A DNA stretch of 64,000 bases from Podarcis pityusensis (taxonomy: Eukaryota). The notes beneath the pieces are model-generated. The model did no database searches and was not told where the DNA came from. It worked only from the letters and a program-made list of their open reading frames with translations. Positions 13,126 through 26,900 of the stretch are shown here, one piece after another; within the stretch, counting starts at the first letter, position 1; every line of letters starts with the position of its first letter. The stretch is from assembly GCA_964106645.2 (NCBI GenBank), contig OZ067038.1. One strand, given 5' to 3'. The translations under genes were made by a program, and so were the position numbers.

Positions 13126-14779
13126 CCTGTTTGATCTTGCCCTTGGTTTAGAGTAGCCATCCCCAGCTTGTTGCCCTCCATCTGCCCTGGCCAGGGATAA
13201 TGGGAGTTTTAGTCCAAAGTTATCTGCAGGTTTGGGAAGGCTGGTTTAGAGCATTTTAACAAGCAAGGTTTATACGTGGGTCTACAATCCTCTCCATGCC
13301 ATTGATATATGCCATACAGCAGTAATCCTATTTGAGCTTTGACGAACCAGCTGTTCATTTGCTACAAAAACCGTCTTAATTTTCAGGGCCTTTATGTAAT
13401 GGGAAGATGTGCTGTAATACAGCATCAATGTTAAAACACCGAGACTCAATAAGTAATGTTTCAAGCTGATTATTTCCATAACTGGATTTTCTTTTTAATG
13501 GTCAAAGCAATAGTTTCCTGCCATATCTCTAATGGGGCTTTTTCACTGGAGAACACTGCTTGTTGTGAAGTAATACGTTTTGATTCTTATTGTGCTACAG
13601 GACCTGGTTAAATCTCAACAGAGCCATAATTCTAAACACAGTGGGGTTGAATTCTCAGCAGATCCACATCAGTTAGTGCTGTAAGTTGTCACTTTATGTT
13701 GGCGGTCAACCAATGCAATGGAAACAGCTGAGACTCTTATGGCACCTTGAAGACCCATAAATATAGGGGGGCATAAGCTTTTGTGGCCAAAAAAGATTGT
13801 TTCAGCTTCCTGCTCTTCAAAGAGGCACCAGATGCCAAAAGTCTTATGCTGACAGGGCCACCACACCTGCAGGTACTCGTGTTTTTCATGCACACCCACC
13901 AAACCTCAGATCAGTGCAGTATTTCAGATAGGGGCATGCACAGTCCCAAGCCATTTGAGGCTTTGCAGGAAAATAGTAGCACCTTTAAAAGCCCAGAAAT
14001 GAGCAAGACAAAATAGGGTGAAATTACACTCTGATCGCCCAGTCTCAGACCTTTCTCATTTCATTTCACTTTTAATTTGTATACCTTCTTTCTATATTGC
14101 TGTAAAACATGGCGGCTTACAAGCTGAAGAAACAACGAAATAGACAGCAGAGATCAAGAGTTTGGCAATGATATTGTGGACCTTTTGTTATACTTTTCCA
14201 GCTCTGTAGAGCTTGATGACTGTGGCCAAATCCCTTTTTTGAGAAAAGGGTGCAACAGCCAAAGCTGGTAAAAGGCACTGATACTCAACCATGTAGGTGT
14301 GCCACATCAACAAGCGCTAACAACCTGTGAGACTTAAGGGGAAGTGCGACACCTAACCCTGGATCAGATGATTCGCTGAACCAACAGCATTTGCATCTTA
14401 AATGGATTAAATTTCATTTAAGTGCACATCTAGTCCTTTATTGATATCAAACATTAGTTTAGGATTTCTGGTCTTCCTAGAATCTGATGAAAGCAAGAGG
14501 TAGGACTAGGTGTCAACTGTGTGCTGGCTCCTCATCCCAAATCTCTCCTGATAATTGCACCAGAAATTTCACGTTGCTACTTCACTTGCTTTGTCCGATG
14601 GGTTGCTGTCTTTTCCACGTTATAAAATATTTGTTGTTTTGGAATTTTACAGACTTGGGGGCAGGGCTTTGCTTGAAGGAGAGACTAAGACAGTACAGTG
14701 AAGTGGGTACAGAAATGTGCTCTTATCTCTTTACCTCTTCCTGCCACCACTATGCATTTTTTTCATTGCCTCTCTGAAT

Positions 14780-14907
14780 TCCAGGTAGGGCTGCAGGGGA
14801 GGGAATCCCGTCTGAACCCTGGAGAGCGGCTGCGAGTCAGTGTAGACAACACTGAGCTAGGTGGAGCAATGATCTGACTCAATATAGTGCAACTTCCTAT
14901 GTTCCTA
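14780..14907 (+). mobile_element. Squam3-type SINE 3' part
   Basis: ccaggtagggctg...ccctggagagc.gctgc.agtcagtgtagacaa...gactcaatata...cttcctatgttccta, homologous to the 41.9 kb copy. Confidence 0.7.
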
Positions 14908-17454
14908 TTACTCTTCGGAGTTGAAATGAAGGGGTAGTTTAGCTAAGAATCTGAAAATGCACATCACTCGGTGACCGAAATCTCAAGCACATGTGAAATG
15001 GCGATAAACTCAATTGACAGCCTGCTGACCTTGCGGTTTATCTAAAATTTGCTGCATGTAGGGCCTCCAGCAAATGATTACTCCAGAGTGGTAAAATAAT
15101 ATTACTTTTACCACTATTGAGGGCAGAGACAGCTCCAGGTTTGAGGGGGCAAAGAGCCCACAAGTATTAGCCCCTTGGGGGTAGGGGCAAAAGCACTTCT
15201 CATTTCCCACAATGCCCCTGATGTAGCATCACTGTGCAGCATATCGGGAAAATAAATGGCAGCTTCCAAACCCAGGGTAAGTATTAGTGGTTGACCTTAC
15301 TGAGATGCTGGGACTTTGACAGCTGCCTGACGACAAGAGCAGCTTGCTGATTGTTGTGGGAGAGAGCATAATTTGAACTGTCTGCCTTGGGCACCTAAAT
15401 GACTTGGGTCTGTCTGTGAAGGAGTGATGGTTTAGGACACCCCTTGGACAAACCCCCTCTCCTGCTGGGGTGTGGCCATCAGCAGGATGCATGAACCATG
15501 CTGACTTTTGACACTGGCCTTAATTAGCATTGCAGTGGCTTGCCTGCTAGTCTCTTTAGTTAGATCCCAGGGTTTGCAAAAAGAGGAAAAGTTATGCCCT
15601 TCTTCTTTGCTGGGACTCTGCCATCCAAACCCTCAGAGCTACTGTATGGGCGTTCAGTGACTCATAGGGTCATTAGGGTCTTGCTCATATATTATGAGTT
15701 GCTTCTGTGGTTGGATACTCCTCCATTAAGACTATTTTGGGCACAAAGAGCTGTTTTCATTTTGCAGATGAAATACCCAACCCTTCTTTCAGGCATGGCC
15801 TAACATGAAGATGAATCGTGGCACTCAGTCACACCTGTTGCTCACTTCAGCCCAAAAGCAAGGAGGAATACTGTCAGAATTCAGCCGTTAAAAGACCAAG
15901 AGTTTTGTTTTCCATGTTTAAACTCTCAGTCTTGATGAATTTTCATTTGGTTGTGGGAGGGGATATATTTGGCATGCTTTTTTTATGGAATTGGAAAGGG
16001 AGTGGTGACAGGTAAACACGGTCACAGTGAGGAGAAACAAATCTACCTCCGCAATGGGCCTGCTTCATCCTCTCTCCTTTCACAGGTTTTTCTTGGACAC
16101 TGAAAGAAAAGAGAGCATTCTCCTCAGCTCCCTGAGCGTGTGAAACTCTTGATAAAGCCTTTTGCCTGTTCATGTCCTGCTCTCTTCAAATTTCGTTCAG
16201 GACTTTCTCAGCTAGGCTGCATTGGGAGAGGGAAATGCTCTGTTAAAAAATTACTCACATTACAGATGTTTCAGCAAGCCAAAAGAATGGTTCAATTGGT
16301 CAGGTGGGAAAAACAGCAAAATATTGAGGTCAGTCTAACCCTCCCTCTCTCAGGGGCAAACCCAAAAAGAGCACACGCTGCCTGTGACCTTAAATGTCTT
16401 GAAAAGAGTTTTCTGTAACTAGCCTGCCTGTTTAAACCACAAGTGTGAGCCACGGCTTCTGGGGCTGAGCTCTGATTAACTCTTGACTCAAATTAAGTCC
16501 ACCTGGCTAGAGTCCACCTCCTCCCACTCCCACATTATCCATCCTTATCCAGCTTCCTTGTCCCTGGCAGGGAACAAGCTGGCAAGTTTTCTTCGCAGTT
16601 GTGAAGTTTTCAGTAAATCACTCTTCACTCTCTTTTCCCATCAGAACGTTACACTGCCTTAAAGTATTGAGTACACACACAAAAAGTTCTCGGTAGAAAT
16701 AGAAAGATTATTAAAAGTAGGGGCCTCCTGAAAAACGGGGCTTGGGCTCGCTAGGAAACCTAACACTGCCCCTTTCCCTGTGACATGTTAGTTACCAGAT
16801 TATTTTAAGAAGTGATACTGCAGAGTTATGGTATTTATTTTATGTAGTTCAGAGAACAATTACCTACCTCTCCAAGGAACGTACAGCAATTCATTGGTTT
16901 AATGCTGACCCCATTTGCTAGTTGGTTTTGCAAAACTCTCTCAGTGCTTTCTACTCTGCACTTTTAAACTCTTTAACACTGGATAGCTGGGCAGCATACA
17001 CAAACAGGGCTGTGGTTTCAAATTCAGTTTATCAGTGGAAACCTCTGGTTACAAAGGGGGCTTCATGCTTAAATTGTGCTATAAAAAAACATGCATTTGG
17101 TATTGGAATCTGGTTATGGAGGTTGTTAGGAAGGAGCTGGGTTTGCTCTTGTAGCAAGAAACTTAGATCGCTTATTTGGTATTGTGTGCTTGCCATAAGA
17201 TCAGGATGGTACTTGAAGATGATTTGTTGTTCCATAAGGGTCTTCTTTGAAGACCAGCTTTATTTAAGTCCAAGTAGTTATTGGAACTGGAATTTCAAGA
17301 TCTAGATTTTTCCAAGTGGAAACTCTCAACTTCAGCAAAATAAATAGAGGTAAACATTCCCTTTTGAACACTTTGATACCCGGAGCAAATAGAGAGAAAA
17401 GTTTGTGGCATAATCCAACTATTTTAATCTCCACTTAAATCTCTTTAGTCTAGG

Positions 17455-17590
17455 ACAATATTCCCCAGCTTGGTGCCCTCCAGATGCTATAGACTCCAAC
17501 TCCCATCATCCTCAGGCAGCATTGCCAGTGGTCAGGACTGATGGGAGTTGCAGCCCCAAAACATTCAGAGAGCACTATATTTGGGGAAAC
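17455..17590. mobile_element. Degenerate palindromic hAT-type MITE
   Basis: ccctccagatg...aactcccatcatc...gatgggagttg hairpin. Same family as the 31628 and 47379 elements. Confidence 0.65.
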
Positions 17591-18279
17591 TTTTGAATTT
17601 ACTTAGTAGCCTTAATCTCCCTCAGTTTAAATGTTACCTGGTCAAAAGAGCCAAAGTCCCAATTCCAGAAAAAATAGGTTGCCTGATTTACACTTACACT
17701 TACTTACACAAATTCCATATGCAAGCAACAGTAGACCGCCTTCAGAATCGCACAGGGCCAGCCCAATCCATTTTGCCATTTGAGGCAAGGCTAGTAATAG
17801 TTGGTTTTTATCCCTGCCCAGCCAAAACATCTCTAGGAATTTCACAAGAAGTTACTGAATCTCCAATAAGATTGGCATAACATCTTTATTTCAAGGAAGT
17901 TACTTTGGAATAAAACATGCCCAAACCAGCCAGCTGTGTTTTATTCTGCAAAGGCTGCAGACTCGGGGAATGAATGAAATAATAGAAAAGTTCTTAAGCA
18001 AGCATACCCCAATATCCTTCCCTGTCCCTCAGAAATGTCCGCTTCCTTTTTTAAAAATGAAAGCTAAGATTATACCCAACTCCCAAATCCTACCCCTTCT
18101 ACCCATTTGTCAGGAGCTCACAAGCCTGAAATTTGCTCTCTTCAGCTGTAGTTCAGTAGCACTTTCCTGTATGTTTTCCACAGCAAATGGTATTCAGAGA
18201 CACTAATCTTTACTAGTAGCCATTTATACCCTTGTACAATCAAACTGTGGATTTCTAATCCCCCCCCCCCTCCTTACAG

Positions 18280-18395
18280 CTGCTGTGTCAGGAATGAAAT
18301 GAATTTTTTAAAAATGACAACTTTGCAACAAAGAGGGCTGTCTGCTGTCTACTGTCTGCCGGTGATGTGAAGATGAGTAGCGACTTGCAACGAGC
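18280..18395 (+). other. STON2: 5'UTR part of the first coding exon, containing three uORFs
   Basis: Pyrimidine tract plus acceptor (C)n-tccttacag| ending at 18279. uATGs at 18294, 18299 (in-frame ATGs at 18314, 18365) and 18373. Confidence 0.65.
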
Positions 18396-18483
18396 ATGAC
18401 ATCACTAGCCAACGTCATTGCTTCCCAGCAATCCGAGTGGGTCTCCTTCAACGATGGGCTGCTGCTACCGGTTGCCTCCCAGG
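18396..18483 (+). CDS. STON2: Stonin-2 coding exon 1: [29 protein letters not shown](G), first WVxF motif
   Basis: Manual translation matches the recalled stonin-2 N-terminus ([21 protein letters not shown]). 88 nt, phase-1 donor G|GTAGGC. Too short for the ORF track. Confidence 0.93.
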
Positions 18484-19132
18484 GTAGGCAAATTCCTTCC
18501 CTCTGATGAAATAGGCTGTTGCTGTATCTTGATATAAATAAGTTAGTCAAAGGAAACAAGGCAACTCTTTTACTCCAATCCAAAGTCCTCTGTGGGTTGT
18601 ACTTAAACATAAGCGGTTTTTGTTTTTTGTTTTTATCAAGTGCAGCCTCTTCTCCATTCATTCAGGATAGACACAAATGGATGGGTCTTCCTCCCATGGG
18701 GTTTTGTGTTTTCCCAGTTGCTTGTCGCACATGGGCCTACTAAAATGGAGGAGCTCCTTGCATGAATAGGAATTGCTTGTGCTCAGGGGTGGACCGTCCC
18801 ATTTCACTGCCTGAGGTAAAACGGGAAGCTGTTCCACCACCCTGCCAAAGCCTTGCTTACTGGGATCTCGCAGCAGCTTCTGGTGAGATATTGTGAGAGC
18901 TCACAAAAGCACTGTGAGATCTTGCCAGAGTTCCATGAGATTTTGCAAGATCTGGCTGGAAGTCACTGTGGCACAGCCCCACCAGCAACAGTACCCTCCC
19001 CATGGGATTCTGTGACCCAAGGCAGCAGCTTCAGTCTACCTCATGGGCAGGCCAGCCCTGCTTCAGCAGTAGTTGTGACTTTTACTAGCATGAGTCAGTA
19101 TAGTGCAAATCCAGTGTGAAGTAATGGATAGA

Positions 19133-19272
19133 GCAGGGATGAAGAGCCTGTGGTCCTATAGACGTTGCTGGACTCCAGTTCCCATCAGCCCCAGCCAGTT
19201 TGGCTGATAGTCAAGAATGATGGGAGCTGTAGTCCAGCAATATCTGGAAGGCCACAGGTCTCCCAACTCTGG
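19133..19272. mobile_element. Degenerate palindromic hAT-type MITE
   Basis: cagggatg...ctgtgg...ttcccatca...tgatgggagctgtagtcc...ggccacagg inverted structure. Confidence 0.65.
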
Positions 19273-19948
19273 GATAGAGTGTTTCGGACTCAGAACTAGG
19301 TTGAATTCCTTCTTCAACTCACAGGGAGAACTTGAGTAAAATCTCTATCAACCTATCCTACCTTAAAGCATAGTTATGGAGTTAAAATGGGGTCACCCTA
19401 AGCTCCTTGGAAAGACAGGCTAGATGAAAGTAGCTAAAGGATTCGATTACATGTGGGTAGCTATGTTCAGTTTTTATATACCACCTCAATGTGTTATAAG
19501 AAATTTGACCTAGGGAGGGGAAGCAGCCTTGTGCCGAACTTCTCCTTCTCCTATGTAACATCTAGTTCAGGGATGAGGAGTCTGCAGCCCTCCAGATATT
19601 GCTGGTCTACAAGTCCCTCACTCCCAAGACCAACCAGCCCCAGAATGAGTAGTGGAAACTGCATTTAAGCTGTGTATTTGCCCACCCCACCTTCACATTG
19701 TTTCAGGCAGGGATGGATACTTGCTCAGCATAATGACACTGGGACACAGTATTGCATTACAAAGTCTCTTTAATGGTGGAAAGGAGAATGACTCAACATG
19801 GGCTGCCATATTTCTTATAACAGGTAGTTTCACTCAGAAGCATAAAGCTGTAACATTGCCCTATACACATTGAACATTTACAAATGATGAAAAAGGATGT
19901 TTAAAAATTCCTTGTTACTTCTACATTATATTGTGATTCTTCTTGCAG

Positions 19949-20212
19949 GCCAAGCTGGAGAACCTCTTGAAAGGTTTCTGTCCTCCTCTGATACTTCTTC
20001 TGAAGGCATCCAAAACCTGGATGGAGAATTTCAGACACTTGCACATGCAGAGCTGGGAGATGGAATGGACAAAACTGCTGCAGACTCTGTGTCCGTATGT
20101 TTGCTTGAAAACCACCCGTCTCCAAAGCCTGATCTGTCTTCATCATTCAGCACATGGGTCCAGTTTGAAGATGCACCCTGGCCTAGCACTTCACCAGAGA
20201 ATGCACATACAG
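19949..20212 (+). CDS. STON2: Stonin-2 coding exon 2 (GQAGEPLERF...STWVQFEDAPWPSTSPENAHT), second WVxF motif
   Basis: Acceptor ttcttcttgcag|, donor G|GTTGGG, 264 nt, phase 1-1. WVQFED..W.STSP is a stonin-2 signature. Lies inside ORF 19897..20250. Confidence 0.92.
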
Positions 20213-21871
20213 GTTGGGATGTCACACTAAACCAAAGTCTATTACAGTAATGCTTGCAAATGATTCCAGGTTCAGTCCCTGGCATTTTCAGGTAGGGCTG
20301 AGAGAGGCTCTTGTTTGAAACCCTCGAGAGCCACTTCTTGTGAATAACACCAAGCTGGAATGATCCTGTGATGGAGTAGCAAGAGACTGCATTGATGCAG
20401 CTTGCGTGCGCTTAGATCGTTGACCTCAAGAATAATACCCAACCTGACACAGTTTGGGGGCTTCTGTGATATTTTATTGAGGCTTCTACATACCAGACCT
20501 CTTACGGCTTTGTTCTGCCGGGTAGTTAGTCCCTTGCTAAAATAATTAAGAAGCCATCCCCTAGGCCTTGCCCCCACGCATTCCACAGATATTTTGGCTT
20601 GTTTATTGTCAACATCGCAAGTGAATCACATACACACACACCACATGCACAGAGTGTCTAAAATACTATCTGCTACTCCATATAAACCTACCTTTTTAAC
20701 TGTTTCAGAGACTGTGTTGTTACTCCCTTCAAAGTTGAGATGTTGGCAACTGGAGAAAGGGCATTTTCAGTAGTGATACCCTTGTTGTGAGATTTTGCTC
20801 CTCCAGAGATACTTGACTGGTACATACTTTGCTAACTTTAGAGTACTGGGTAGATATATTATATTATCCTGATATATATATTATTATTATCCTGAATTTT
20901 TAAGGGATGATATGATTCTGATGATTTTTACTGATGATTTTAGCAACACAGGAAATATACTGAGTCAGATTATTTGTCCATCTAACTTACTGTTGTCTTC
21001 TCTGACTGGCAGTGGCTCAACACCTGCTACCTGATCCTTTTTTAGGTGATGTCAGGCTTTGATCCAGGGGCCTTCTGCAGGGGAAGTGTTCCACCACTGT
21101 GCTATTATTTTTATTTAAAACCCCCTGTTCTGTGATTTTAATTCTTTTTTTAAATGCTAATTGTTGAATTTTTAAAGCTTTGTTGTTGGTTTCTTTGAAA
21201 GAATTTGCTAAAAGTGTTATTTTAGAAATAACACTTAATTTTCCCCCCTCCAAAAAAATGTTTAATTATGCAAATGTATTGTGACACTCGTCCTGGCAAG
21301 GGTCACCAATGGCATGGGAAATAGCCATGTCAGTCATACAACTCATATGGTACCCTGATTGCTTATGCTACCAATGCAGCAAGGAACTTGGCCCTGTTTC
21401 AATTCTCTTTCATATTGACATCACAATTCAATCAGATAAACTGCTGGGCAAAGCTGCACCCTGGAATGTAGCAAGGTATGAAAAGTAGAGCTAGAAAAGG
21501 CCTATTGTGACATCTGGATCACACTCCTCTCAAGGACTTTGTCTGCTTCTAAGTGGCTCAAGTAACTAGGACTTTATCTCACATTCTTGGGGAGGCATTT
21601 TCACAGCAGAACAAACTTCACATAATGCCGATTGTGCTATCCGCTCTGAAACTGGCAAGTCTTGAGTAAGAGAATCGTACAGCTGAGGAAGAAGGAAAGC
21701 AATAACTGAAAATGATGAGAGCTTGATGGCATGCTAAAATTGGAACAAATTGTACTATCTTCGCTGCTGGAGGAAAAGTTTGCTATAAGCTCAGGTAGCT
21801 GAAGATTGAGGATGTATGTAATATAACTGGAACAAATTTGGAGAGAGAATTCTCAAGCAAGCTATTCTAGA

Positions 21872-22052
21872 TCTCATCCACATCATACATGTAAAGCATT
21901 GCTTTTAAGAGTAATAATGAATCCTGGGAACCGTGGTGCTAACCTCATAGAGCTGTAATTCCCAACACCCTTAACAAATTACAGTTTCCAGGATTCTCCA
22001 TGACTGTTAAAGTGGTATAATAGTTCTTTAAATGTATGGTGTGAGTAGAGCT
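21872..22052. mobile_element. Palindromic non-autonomous DNA transposon (Chompy/PIF-Harbinger-like). Related remnants near 8100-8220 and 62860-62985.
   Basis: Inverted arms catacatgtaaag...aatcctgggaac / gtttccaggattct...ctttaaatgtatggtgtg. Confidence 0.55.
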
Positions 22053-23717
22053 TGCTTCTAAAGACTATGATGGTACGTTCTTCTAACTGTGATTTTGGAC
22101 ATTTCAGATTATAGATGCTGTTTGCACTTGAGGCTTATAAGGAAACATATCTCTGTTCAGACATTCTGAAATAGTGTGTACAGAGGGGAGATGAGGATCC
22201 CAGTTCTCCTCGCATCCCATGTATTAATAGTCTCTATGCAGAGCAGGCAGGTATGCGGTTTTCATAGGTTTTTTTATACACATGTATAGGAAATGGGTTC
22301 CCTCAGTTCCTGCTTTCTGTAAACACATTTAGGTATTTGCACTGCTTATATAGAACCAGCCACTGTAACTTAGGGTGAAATTCAACACTACACTACTATT
22401 CTGTCAATGCAAATATTTTTGCTTGCTAGATGGAATGTTCTTTCCCATCTTCTCCCCACAGGCTGATCTCCCCAGAGCAGATTTTGGGGAAATGCATGGG
22501 GGGGGGGGGGAGAGCCCTGTTACACTAGCAGAAGTCCTCTTCCAAGACTTCCGCTAGGTTAGTTGAATCTGGCCCATGGAGTTCTCCAATGTGACCCTTT
22601 TCTGCTGGCACCAATTCCCTTAAAACACTCTTAAAACTTCCTGGTAGCCTGGCATTAGGTGTGAGATTGTCACCAGTACTGGGGATGGACCAAACTGTTA
22701 ACTAAGACTGTTTGTTTATCAAAGGGCTAATTGTGTGCATAAGGAAAAGCTGATACATTGAGATCTACACATGCTTGATGATGGTTTCCAAGGACTCAAG
22801 AGATGCTGTTGCTGAGACCTGCCTCTAAAAGGCTTTTACTGTAGGGGTCATTTACCTCAGACCAATTTCCCTGACATTCCTCCCCAGCCAAATTCACTCA
22901 CAACCCAGTTAACTACTGGGTACAATCTGCCTCTGACCCCAAAGCTCCTCTGGTTGTACTTCTGGCTTCTTGGACATTTCCCCTGTTTTAAAAAACCTTC
23001 ATGTGTCCTCTTCCGTTAAAATCTTTACACAGTGCAGCCTATTAGCCTAACTCAGCCACTGACTGCCTTCTTCTGGTCACAGCCACCAAAGCATTGTTAA
23101 CACACCGGGGAAAAATATACCATAATATTCAGGATTTCGCTGTCCACTTTCACCTCAACTTTCTCTGTTCTTCGCCTCACACCTTCCTCATCAACTGTCG
23201 TTCCTGACTGACAGGTAAACTGCCCATTCTTCACTGGCTAGAGCCTCCAACCAATCAGAGCCTCAGACCCATCGAATTTACTTGATCCCGGGCCCGTCTA
23301 TAAATATTAAAAGCAATTATCTCTTTCCCCTTTCGGAACTTGTCTCCAAGCAGCTACTGCTAAACAGTCTTGCAGCATAGTAAACAGCACAAGGCCTTGG
23401 ACTTCGACATTTACGTTCTGACATTAACAGAGGTTGCAGAAACTCATAGACAGACATACACAGCATTCCTCAGTATACAACATGGTAGCAAGTGTTTTGG
23501 TTTTATAGTAGAAGGCTTATAGCAAATGGGGAGCACTGATAGCATCAAATAACCAGCTACCCTGCAGAATACTCAGGCAGCATTTCCTCACTTGAGGGAA
23601 ACTTGATATAAGATGTTCTGCACCATCCAATTCCCTCTTTTGTCATGACTCACCTTTCCAGAACCCTTTTTATGCTGCCTAGTTCCACAAATTTCTTTCT
23701 TTCTTTCTTTTTTAAAG

Positions 23718-23915
23718 CCTTCTCTCCAAAAACATTCTGCTGGACATGTCCCTCTTCGGGATCTTCTGAGAGAAGGCCTCTCACGTCAGACAACAGTTGG
23801 ACAACTACTTCTGAGAACACCAGCAGCCCCAGTTTCACACCTTCCTATACTGACCTGCAGTCCATAAACACTGAAGACCTGACCAGTGGCAGAGCATCTG
23901 CAGCAGACTCAACCG
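23718..23915 (+). CDS. STON2: Stonin-2 coding exon 3 (AFSPKTFCWTCPS...SYTDLQSINTEDLTSGRASAADST)
   Basis: Long pyrimidine tract plus aaag|, donor G|GTAAGC, 198 nt, phase 1-1. Matches recalled human CWTCPS...PLTS.SSWTT.SE.TSSPSF..SYTDLQ. Confidence 0.93.
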
Positions 23916-26900
23916 GTAAGCCAGCTTTGTGCTTCCTTCCCCTTTCATTGGTCACATTTCCCTAAATAAACTGTTAACATTGGAATCTAAATTTGCAATG
24001 AATCCTGGATCAGCCTATTACAAATGCAGTATCATGATACGAGCTTCAGAAGATGGCTCGGTCAACTATAAGTTACCTTATTCTTGGTGCTCTTGCTGAA
24101 CCCATGACTGGCCTACCCATTTTATTAAGTCTTTTAAAGAACAGTTTAACCAAACAAACATAAAACAAGAATAAAAAGTGAAATAAATAAAAGGTATACT
24201 ATATCATTATATGAGTTAACAATTACAATCCTGTTTATACTTCTCTGATGTGCAGGTTTTATTATTATCCAGATGCATATATGCTTATTTTTAACCTACT
24301 ATATTTTGTGTAAAAGTGTTCCAAATGTCTTTATACTTGTCCATGCAAAGTCTACATCTCTAAGCAATTGGTTCATAAGTTGCAAGTGCAGTCATATCTT
24401 CAGTCCACTGATTAAATGGAGCCGTTCACTTATATTTCCGGTGCATCAGTATCAGTCTTTTGGCCCTAGTAAGGGATGAGATGGACTGAGGCAGCCACCT
24501 TGGGTGGCAGAATCCCACGGGGCAGTGCCCCTGTGTGAGCCCCGCCCACCCCACCACCACAGGAGAAGCTGAGAGAAGCAGTGGTGGCTTCCAGTGAGAT
24601 GTCTCCGGAAGCCACCACTGCATGACCCTGGTAAGCAAGGATTTGGCAAATGGGAGGCAGTGAGGTGGCACCTTCCCATTTTGCCTCAGGGCCACCCCAG
24701 CTGTGCCAGTTGTCAAAGAAGACCACTCGTGAGACTTATGAAAATGTTTTACAAATCAATTTAATCTGTAGTTAAAATATTCTAGTTCCTTCAGCACATT
24801 CACCTTTCCTTCACTGACAAGGAGAAACTTCTAGCTCCCCCCCCCCCGGGGGGCAAGAATCTTTTTTTAAGAGCTGAAGAAGATCTGATAACGTTTATGT
24901 CTTTAGCCCTGATATTCCTGCTCTGCCCTTTCCTAGGCCAGATGAGGACTGTGGCCCTGGGGGGACTTTAACCTTTCCCCCCTCCCAAGATGGCTGCTTA
25001 TTATGGGAGGGGGAAATCATGTACCCCACGGCTAAAGGCATTGCATAACTTTTCATGTACTGTTCTTTGGCCCTAAGACAAAGGAAAAAGCAGAGAGAGA
25101 ATCAAGACAACCTATGGAGATATGTGATGAGATCTTTTGACTTTTTTTAAAAAACAACTTTTGCTCAGCTGTTGTGGGGGGCAGACTTTTGGTCAAAGCA
25201 GCAGATCTGAGGGGGGAGTTGTATAACCCTTTCTGTCTGTGCCATTTTTGTAATCTAAATCCCTCCCCCCCCCAGCTGATATGAGCCTTACCTGGGGGGT
25301 GGGGTGGAATACAGATAGATTACCTGCTTCCTCCATAGATTTTGCTCCTGTAGGATAAATAGTAGCTGGGGCGTGATAGGGTTAATTAAACACCCCTCCA
25401 CCCATTGCTGCTGTTCTGATTAAAATCTGAGTCCTCCACAGCTACTTTAAAGCTACATCTGTTTTGGTCAAGAGAGAGAAACAAATTGGCAGACCTGTGT
25501 GATAAAAAATAATCAGAAGTAGATTCTGCCTGCTGGAATGTTAAGCTGTGCCCCTGATATGCCCAGAGGTAGAAAGCACAAATATTTACACTAAAGCACA
25601 TGAAGCCTGTGTTTGATCAAATTAAAAGCTGGACGTGGTCTGTGGCTAATTCATATGTGGCCTACTTCAGGGCAGTGAGGTGAACTTTTGACAAGCTTCA
25701 AGGATAGCTGTCCTAGGTTTAGACCTTCACCTTTCCTAGGTAAAATTTACACAGTCACATACCAAGCAACCAGTGCTATCTGAATATTGTGGGAAGGATT
25801 TGCAAATAGATAAAAGTGTCTTTACAGGATTTATCATGCTGACTTTGGGTCTCGGCTCTGCCATGCAATGTGGAAAGTCAAATATCTTTGCAATGGGCGG
25901 GAGTTCAGTTTGAAGTAGGGCACAGTTGTGTCAGACTTTGTATGGAAATTCTTGGTCTTCTGCTTCTGATTGAGGGGGAAAGAGCAACACAGCACCGAAG
26001 TGTTCAGGTCCACAACTGCAAGATACCGAGCACCCTGGAAAGCTGATTTAAATCCCCAGGAACTTCCTTTTAGCATTACTAACAAGGAATTGGAAAATGT
26101 GAGCAACAGCCACTGAAAAAGTAGCCTGACTTCTAAAGGGTATATGGCTTCAGTGGCTCAAAAATGACTAAGAGTAAGCCAGGACTGGGCAAAGCTCTGC
26201 ACTATGCAGGGCAGAAATGTATGTTTGAAGAGTTTTAGGGCATCACAGTGAGCTGATTTCTCATGGTGAATTAAATACACGACTGAGAATCTTGCACTCT
26301 CTTGATGTGATCTTTCAAGTGGCTGGAGATCAAATTGGTGAGGTTTTAGCAGTAGCACTAACAGCTCTTACTTGTAACTCGTTTCATATGCTCGAGTTAT
26401 GGGAGTGGGTGCGTTGCCAACTATAAACACAAAGGTGGCATTTCCCATCATAATCAAGCAGTGCTTGATCCTGCTCTATCCTTAGGAATGGGCAGGACCA
26501 CACATTGGGTGGGGGGGAGGGAGGGTTCTCATGCTGAAATAAGAGATTCTGCTTCTTTGTAATATAATGTGGTTGCCTCAAAAGCATGGGAAAGGATGAG
26601 GAGATTGTACCGGTAAGAAGCACAAGAATGTGGTTTAGCGATGATGAGAGGTTTAGAGGATCGGTTTTAGGCCTAGCTGTTCTTAAGCACAGGGGGCTAA
26701 TTGGAAGCAGATTTAGTGTAAAAGGAGAAGGGAAAGTCAGGGGGAAATCTTGTAGGCTCAAATGTTGGCTTCTCCTCTTGTATGATTTCTTCCTAGATGC
26801 TCAGACAGGGTCTGTTGCAATGTTTTTTCCACTTGGGGGAAAAATGTCACTAAGATTGAGTATCAGTGTGTGTGGCGCATCATTTTAGATGCCCTGAATC

